64,000 bases of DNA from Thermoanaerobaculia bacterium (lineage in GTDB: Bacteria; Acidobacteriota; Thermoanaerobaculia; Multivoradales; Multivoraceae), in contig OY761158.1 of assembly GCA_963664405.1 (NCBI GenBank), positions 704,001 through 768,000 on the forward strand, given 5' to 3'. Positions 59,560 through 64,000 of this stretch are shown piece by piece (position 1 is the stretch's first letter; each line of letters begins with the position of its first letter). The position numbers and the translations under genes are program-made. The notes below the pieces were generated by a model. That model saw only the letters and a list, made by a program, of their open reading frames with translations, did no database searches and had not been told where the DNA came from.

Positions 59560-61797
59560 TCAGCGAAACACGTCGAAGAGACGGCTGTACTTGAGGACCA
59601 GGGAGCGGTCTGGCTTCGGCTGGGCCAAATGACCGAACCCCGCGACCTCGTTGTAGACCACGAACAGTCCCGTATTGGCAGCGCCGAGCCAGCTGAAACG
59701 CAGATTGGTGGAGACGTCGTCCGTGACGTCGTTGTACTGAATCAGCGCCTGCAGCAATACTCTGGTGCTGAAGGCGAAGGTCACACGAAGCCGGCCGAGG
59801 TTGGTCTTGAACGCCCCTGTCTCGAGATCGACGTCGTTGTGGGACCAGCCGAGCTCGGAGCTCAGGTAGTCGCTGAGACGAAAGTTGACGGTGGGGTTCA
59901 GCGACAGTTGGTTGCCGTTGAAGAAGCCGCCGCCCTGGATGAACCCGCCGAGACTGATGGCGCGGCCTCGGTTGGTGCTGAACAAGATGAAGAAGGTGTC
60001 GTTGGCGTAGCTGCCGGACGGGACCACTACCCCGTCAAAGATCTCGAAGGGTTCCTGCAGCCGCTCGAGCTGCTGACCCACGAAGAGATTGATGCGCGCG
60101 CCGCTGCGAAGCTCCATCTCACCACCGAACGAATACCTCTCGCTTTCGTGAAAGCCGGTGAACTTCCAGTAGCTGTCGTAGAAGAACGAGGGTCCGAGCT
60201 CCTTGATCCGTCCCTGCCCGCTGGGACGAAAGCGACGCTGGAGCCGACTGTTGAGCCGCCGATAGTCCGACCGGTTCACAAAGCCCACCTCCGGGTTGAA
60301 CTCGGCTCCGACCTCCGAGTAGCCGGCTCTCAGGCGCCACGACGGCGAGTTGAAGTTCGAGTCGAGACCGAAGGCGCGGTCGCGGCCTTCGAGTCCCGGG
60401 GTCTCGGTCTTGGCCGCCCAGCCCGACAGATCGGTGTACTGACCGATACCGAGCTGACCGTCGACCCCGAACGTGCGGTTGTGATCGCCGTCGGGCGCCA
60501 GCGAGCCCGTCCCCTGTCGGTTGACCACCATGACTCCCGCCCGGCCACGGTTGCGAAACTCGCGACTGAGGCGGCCGACGGTAAAGTTGTTGGCGTGGAG
60601 GTCCTGATGGTCTTCGGTCTGCATACTGAGGAAGCCCACGTTCAGTCCGGCGGCCTTTCCTGAAAGCCGTACCCCGCCGACGATGGGCACCCGCTCCCCA
60701 TCGTCGAGGCCGATCCGACGGCTGAAGAAGAGGTCGACATTGCCCGATCCTGGACCTCCCCCGCGGGGCGTACCGATCTTGAACAGGCCGGCGTTCTCGA
60801 GGAAGAACGGCCTCTTTTCCGGGAAGAGCAGGCTGAAGCGGTCGAGGTTAATCTGTTGGTCGTCCACCTCGACCTGGGCGAAGTCGGTGTTGACCGTCAC
60901 GTCGAGGGTGAGGCTCGGGGTGATGCCGTACTTGAGGTCCAAGCCGCCCTCGGTCGAGCTGTTGCGCTCCGTGAGGCCGTCGTCGCGGACCTCGGTCAGT
61001 GCGTACGGAATGACCTGCAGATTGCGCTGCTTGGGCGTCTCGATTCCGACCAGTGTGCCGGCCGCCGATATCCGGAAGAGATCGAACTCCCGGCCCAGCG
61101 GGGCCCAGAACACGGTCTCGGTCTTGCGCCGGATGTTGCGCTCGAAATTGATGCCCCAGGTCGAACCGCCCGAGCCGTAACGCAGGCTTCGAAACGGGAT
61201 GGCCAGCTCGGCACTCCAGCCTACGTCGCCCGTCTTCGAGCGAACGGTCCAGGAGGTGTCCCAGTCGAGGTTGGCGGAGCCGCCTTGCCGCCGACCCGAG
61301 CCACGGCGGCGACTGCCGCCTCCGGTACGCCCCTCGTTGGTCACCTGGCCGTCGTACTGGATGCCCGCCAGGTTCGTACCGAAGACGAAGCCGTTCTGGC
61401 GGTCATGAAAGGTGTCGAGGACGACCCGGAAGCTGTCTTCCTCCTCCAAGTTCGCATCTCGCCGGCTGTCGGAGACGGCCAGCGAGCCGGCCTCGGAGTC
61501 GTAGCAGACGACAGCGATGTACAGCATCTGGTCGTCGAAGGCGACCCGCACCTCGGTCCTCTCACTCGCGGGTTGACCCTCGAAGGGCTGTACCTGCACG
61601 AATCCGGTCGCCACCTCCACTTCTTCCCAGATGGCCTCGGAGAGGACTTCCCCGTCCACCTGGGGCGCGGTCGCCAGTCGATACGCCTGGAGCTGGGGTC
61701 TCCCGCGCTCCTGCGCTTCGACAGACCCGAGCGGCGTCACGAGTACTTGTATGCCGACCAGAACGACGTAGGGCCTGATGAGCCTTGTGTGTCGCAT
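59560..61797 (-). CDS. DUF5916 outer-membrane protein with CBM9-like N-terminal domain
   Basis: TVNTDFAQVEVD..INLDRF..FPEKRPFFLE; beta-barrel-like C-terminus. Confidence 0.85.
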   Translation of the reverse strand: MRHTRLIRPYVVLVGIQVLVTPLGSVEAQERGRPQLQAYRLATAPQVDGEVLSEAIWEEVEVATGFVQVQPFEGQPASERTEVRVAFDDQMLYIAVVCYDSEAGSLAVSDSRRDANLEEEDSFRVVLDTFHDRQNGFVFGTNLAGIQYDGQVTNEGRTGGGSRRRGSGRRQGGSANLDWDTSWTVRSKTGDVGWSAELAIPFRSLRYGSGGSTWGINFERNIRRKTETVFWAPLGREFDLFRISAAGTLVGIETPKQRNLQVIPYALTEVRDDGLTERNSSTEGGLDLKYGITPSLTLDVTVNTDFAQVEVDDQQINLDRFSLLFPEKRPFFLENAGLFKIGTPRGGGPGSGNVDLFFSRRIGLDDGERVPIVGGVRLSGKAAGLNVGFLSMQTEDHQDLHANNFTVGRLSREFRNRGRAGVMVVNRQGTGSLAPDGDHNRTFGVDGQLGIGQYTDLSGWAAKTETPGLEGRDRAFGLDSNFNSPSWRLRAGYSEVGAEFNPEVGFVNRSDYRRLNSRLQRRFRPSGQGRIKELGPSFFYDSYWKFTGFHESERYSFGGEMELRSGARINLFVGQQLERLQEPFEIFDGVVVPSGSYANDTFFILFSTNRGRAISLGGFIQGGGFFNGNQLSLNPTVNFRLSDYLSSELGWSHNDVDLETGAFKTNLGRLRVTFAFSTRVLLQALIQYNDVTDDVSTNLRFSWLGAANTGLFVVYNEVAGFGHLAQPKPDRSLVLKYSRLFDVFR

Positions 61798-61985
61798 GGG
61801 CTCTAAACTGCCTCGGAGGCTAGTCAGCTCCCCCGTAGCCAATACGGCAAGGACTGATCGAACCGGCGTTCTGGAAATCGCGGGCGAGAATCATAGTTGT
61901 CAGCCAGCAGAACCACCAACCAAAGGCGTACCTCTCAGGTCCTCGACCCTTGCGGAGCGGCCTCCCTGCTATCGACTGAGTGTCG

Positions 61986-62128
61986 TGTCGCAGAATACAG
62001 CGCACTACGACAGCTATAGCTGAAGTTCGATAAGAGCCGAGAAACGCGCTCGTGTCGCGATTCTGGGTGGACTGCGACACCGCGAACCGATGATCACCAT
62101 GGGCGAGGAGTAGAATCCTCTCTACCTC
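61986..62128 (+). repeat. Kinase leader module G
   Basis: Sites at 61986-62012 and 62053-62079; GAGGAgTAGAATCCTC hairpin. Confidence 0.88.
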
Positions 62129-62218
62129 ATGGCGCTAGAAGCAGGCACCCGTCTGGGCCACTACGAGGTGGTCTCTTCCCTCGGTGCAGGGGGCATTGAT
62201 CGCCTCGCCAAGCGCTAG
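62129..62218 (+). pseudogene. Kinase N-terminal stub
   Basis: [29 protein letters not shown]. Confidence 0.88.
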
Positions 62219-62327
62219 GCACCACTTCAGCCCCCAGAACTTCGACGTAACGTGGGAAGCCACCGGGAGGACCCGCCGCTTCTCAAAATGCCACTAAGAT
62301 GGGCCGTAGCGCCGAAAGGAGGTCCCG

Positions 62328-62969
62328 ATGGTGGACGAGTGGGAGTTCAAGACTGAGACCTACGATAATTGCAATTGCGCCGTGAACTGTGGGTGCCAAT
62401 TCAACTTGCCCAGCACCCATGGCTATTGTCAGACGGCTTATGTCGGCACCGTAGTTGAAGGCCATTTCAACGGGACGCCGCTCGCGGGCCTCAGGTGGGC
62501 GGGGCTGTGGAAATGGCCGGGGGAAATCGCGGCGGGCAACGGTACGCGCCTCATCGTCATCGATGAGCAGGCGGATGACGCGCAGCGGGGGTCGCTCGAG
62601 ACGATTATCTCGGGCGAGGCCTGCGTCCCCCTGAGTAATGTCTTCTCCGTGTACGGCTCTTGTTGCACCGAATTCTTGGACACCGTGTTCCTACCCATCG
62701 AGCTCGAGGCGGACTTCGAGCGCCGTACCGCCACAGCCCACATCCCGGGCATCCTGACCAGCCAGGGCCGACCGCTGATCAATGAGTTCAGTGGCGAACC
62801 GTTTCACGTTGCGCTCGCCCGCCCAAGTGGGAGCGTCGAGTTTACGTACGCGGAACTCGGCCTGGGCACGAGCACGGTGGGCGGGGGTATGGACATGGCG
62901 TACGCCGATTCCTTTGCCATGTTTTGCGTGCTCCACTTCAATCAAGAAGGCCTGATCCGGCCGACATGA
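62328..62969 (+). CDS. DUF1326 domain protein, copy 2
   Basis: Same 213-aa length and nearly the same sequence as 58637-59278. Confidence 0.85.
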   Translation: MVDEWEFKTETYDNCNCAVNCGCQFNLPSTHGYCQTAYVGTVVEGHFNGTPLAGLRWAGLWKWPGEIAAGNGTRLIVIDEQADDAQRGSLETIISGEACVPLSNVFSVYGSCCTEFLDTVFLPIELEADFERRTATAHIPGILTSQGRPLINEFSGEPFHVALARPSGSVEFTYAELGLGTSTVGGGMDMAYADSFAMFCVLHFNQEGLIRPT

Positions 62970-63604
62970 GGATGGGCCGCCGGGTGGCCGTCGGCGAGAC
63001 ATTCGAGGTGATCGTCAGGCGTGATCGCCTGGTCGTCGTGACCGCACTGACGGCGGTGATCGCGCTGGCATGGGTGTATCTGCTGGCCGGCGCCGGGATG
63101 GGCATGTCCGCGGTTGAGATGACCCGCCTGTCGCAGAGCGGGATGGCGGGAGGCATGGCGACGATGACGCCCGCGGTCTGGACGCCCGGCTATGCAGTCG
63201 TGATGTTCTTCATGTGGTGGCGATGATGCTGCCCAGCGCGGCGCCGATGATCCTGCTGTTCTCCGCCGTGAATCGCCGCCAGCGCGAGCGCGGCGACCCG
63301 TTTGTGCCGACTGGCGCCTTCGCCGTCGGCTACCTCGCCGCCTGGGCCGGCTTTTCTTTTTTCGCTGCCGCTGGGCTGCACTGGGCGTTCGAGCAGGCCG
63401 GCCTATTGTCTGGGGTGCTGCTGGTTCCTAATGGCGTTGTTGTTCTATGGCGAAGTTATGAACCTCTATTGGATCGGCGGGCTAGCGCTATACGTGCTGT
63501 TGGAGAAGACCATCCCATTCGGCCACTGGCTAGGCTCGACCACTGGTGTTGCTCTGCTGCTTGGCGGTGTCGTGATGTTGTTCGGCGTTATCGTTCCGCT
63601 TTAA
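62966..63604 (+). pseudogene. DUF2182 metal-binding membrane protein, frameshifted and internally deleted
   Basis: Family motifs MFFMWW, AMMLPSAAP and CLGCCWFLMALLF are split over three separate ORFs. Confidence 0.8.
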
Positions 63605-63632
63605 TCAAGCGGAGGGGGAGAATCCTATGGCA

Positions 63633-63753
63633 TGGCGAGTGTCAAGGTGGATCGCGACACGACGAACTCGGCTGATTGTCATGAGGGTGATCGAGTCAGG
63701 TGCGACTCCGGCAGCACGGACTGAAGTGTCGTCTTTTCTGGCGAACCACGACA
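63633..63753 (+). repeat. Two further 27-bp sites
   Basis: tggcgagtgtcaaGGTGgatcgcgaca (63633-63659) and tgtcgtcttttctGGCGaaccacgaca (63727-63753). Confidence 0.75.
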
Positions 63754-63772
63754 CCTTCCCCGCCGAGGCAAG

Positions 63773-64000
63773 CTAGTCCCCTGTCTTCTCCTTCGACCCC
63801 CGACGCTTCCGCGTCCGCCGGCCGACGAGCGCACCGAGGGCCGAACCGGGAAGAAAGAGTAGGCTGCCGATGCCGGTCGTGATGGCCCCAAGAAGCAGCC
63901 ATCCCCTGTCAAGACCCGGCAGGACCGCCAGTCCTATCACCTGGCCTGACCAGGCTCCGGGGAAGACGAGCAGCCAATGGCGGGGGAAGGCGTAGCCCAC
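63773..64000 (-). CDS. Membrane protein, 3' part (truncated by window edge)
   Basis: Hydrophobic ORF running off the window end. Confidence 0.45.
   Translation of the reverse strand: MGYAFPRHWLLVFPGAWSGQVIGLAVLPGLDRGWLLLGAITTGIGSLLFLPGSALGALVGRRTRKRRGSKEKTGD

Noticed and set aside
48918-62128. Leader modules as a CRISPR array or classical integron attC sites
   Set aside because: Repeats are separated by whole genes and are degenerate in the middle; no cas genes; no RYYYAAC/GTTRRRY boxes and no intI in the window.
58637-62969. DUF1326 duplicate as a DGR template/variable repeat pair
   Set aside because: Differences are not adenine-specific (many C/T and G/C third-position changes) and no reverse transcriptase is present.

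Overview
High-GC bacterial chromosomal window, probably Acidobacteriota/Thermoanaerobaculia-like. That placement is an inference from the [14 protein letters not shown]-type Ser/Thr kinases and the C-terminal domain of the S1 protease. Bases 1-42.6 kb are mostly housekeeping and hydrolase genes: beta-lactamase-fold, alpha/beta and sulfatase-like hydrolases, an LLM oxidoreductase, bolA, NUDIX, YceI, GT2, DUF3604, CocE, an ABC-M1 peptidase fusion, acyl-CoA ligase and dehydrogenase, an ICL2-type isocitrate lyase, an amidase and an ArnT-like transferase. This half also holds an NfeD/flotillin operon bracketed by two beta-carbonic-anhydrase-like genes, CTAG-bounded hairpin repeats and heptamer repeat brackets. 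From about 42.9 kb the window is a plastic signalling region: pseudogenes, an att-like scar with a tRNA-Thr fragment, a cyclase-TPR gene, three Ser/Thr kinases, two kinase stubs and a duplicated DUF1326/DUF2182 unit. The main unexplained signal is a 27-bp site, TGTCG-N17-CGACA with an oriented GGYG core. It occurs 15 times, mostly at gene boundaries and in phased pairs, inside a ~150-bp leader module that precedes every kinase and kinase stub. It is a candidate cassette-shuffling (or tandem-operator) system for kinase sensors. No recombinase, rRNA, intact tRNA or CRISPR array was seen.
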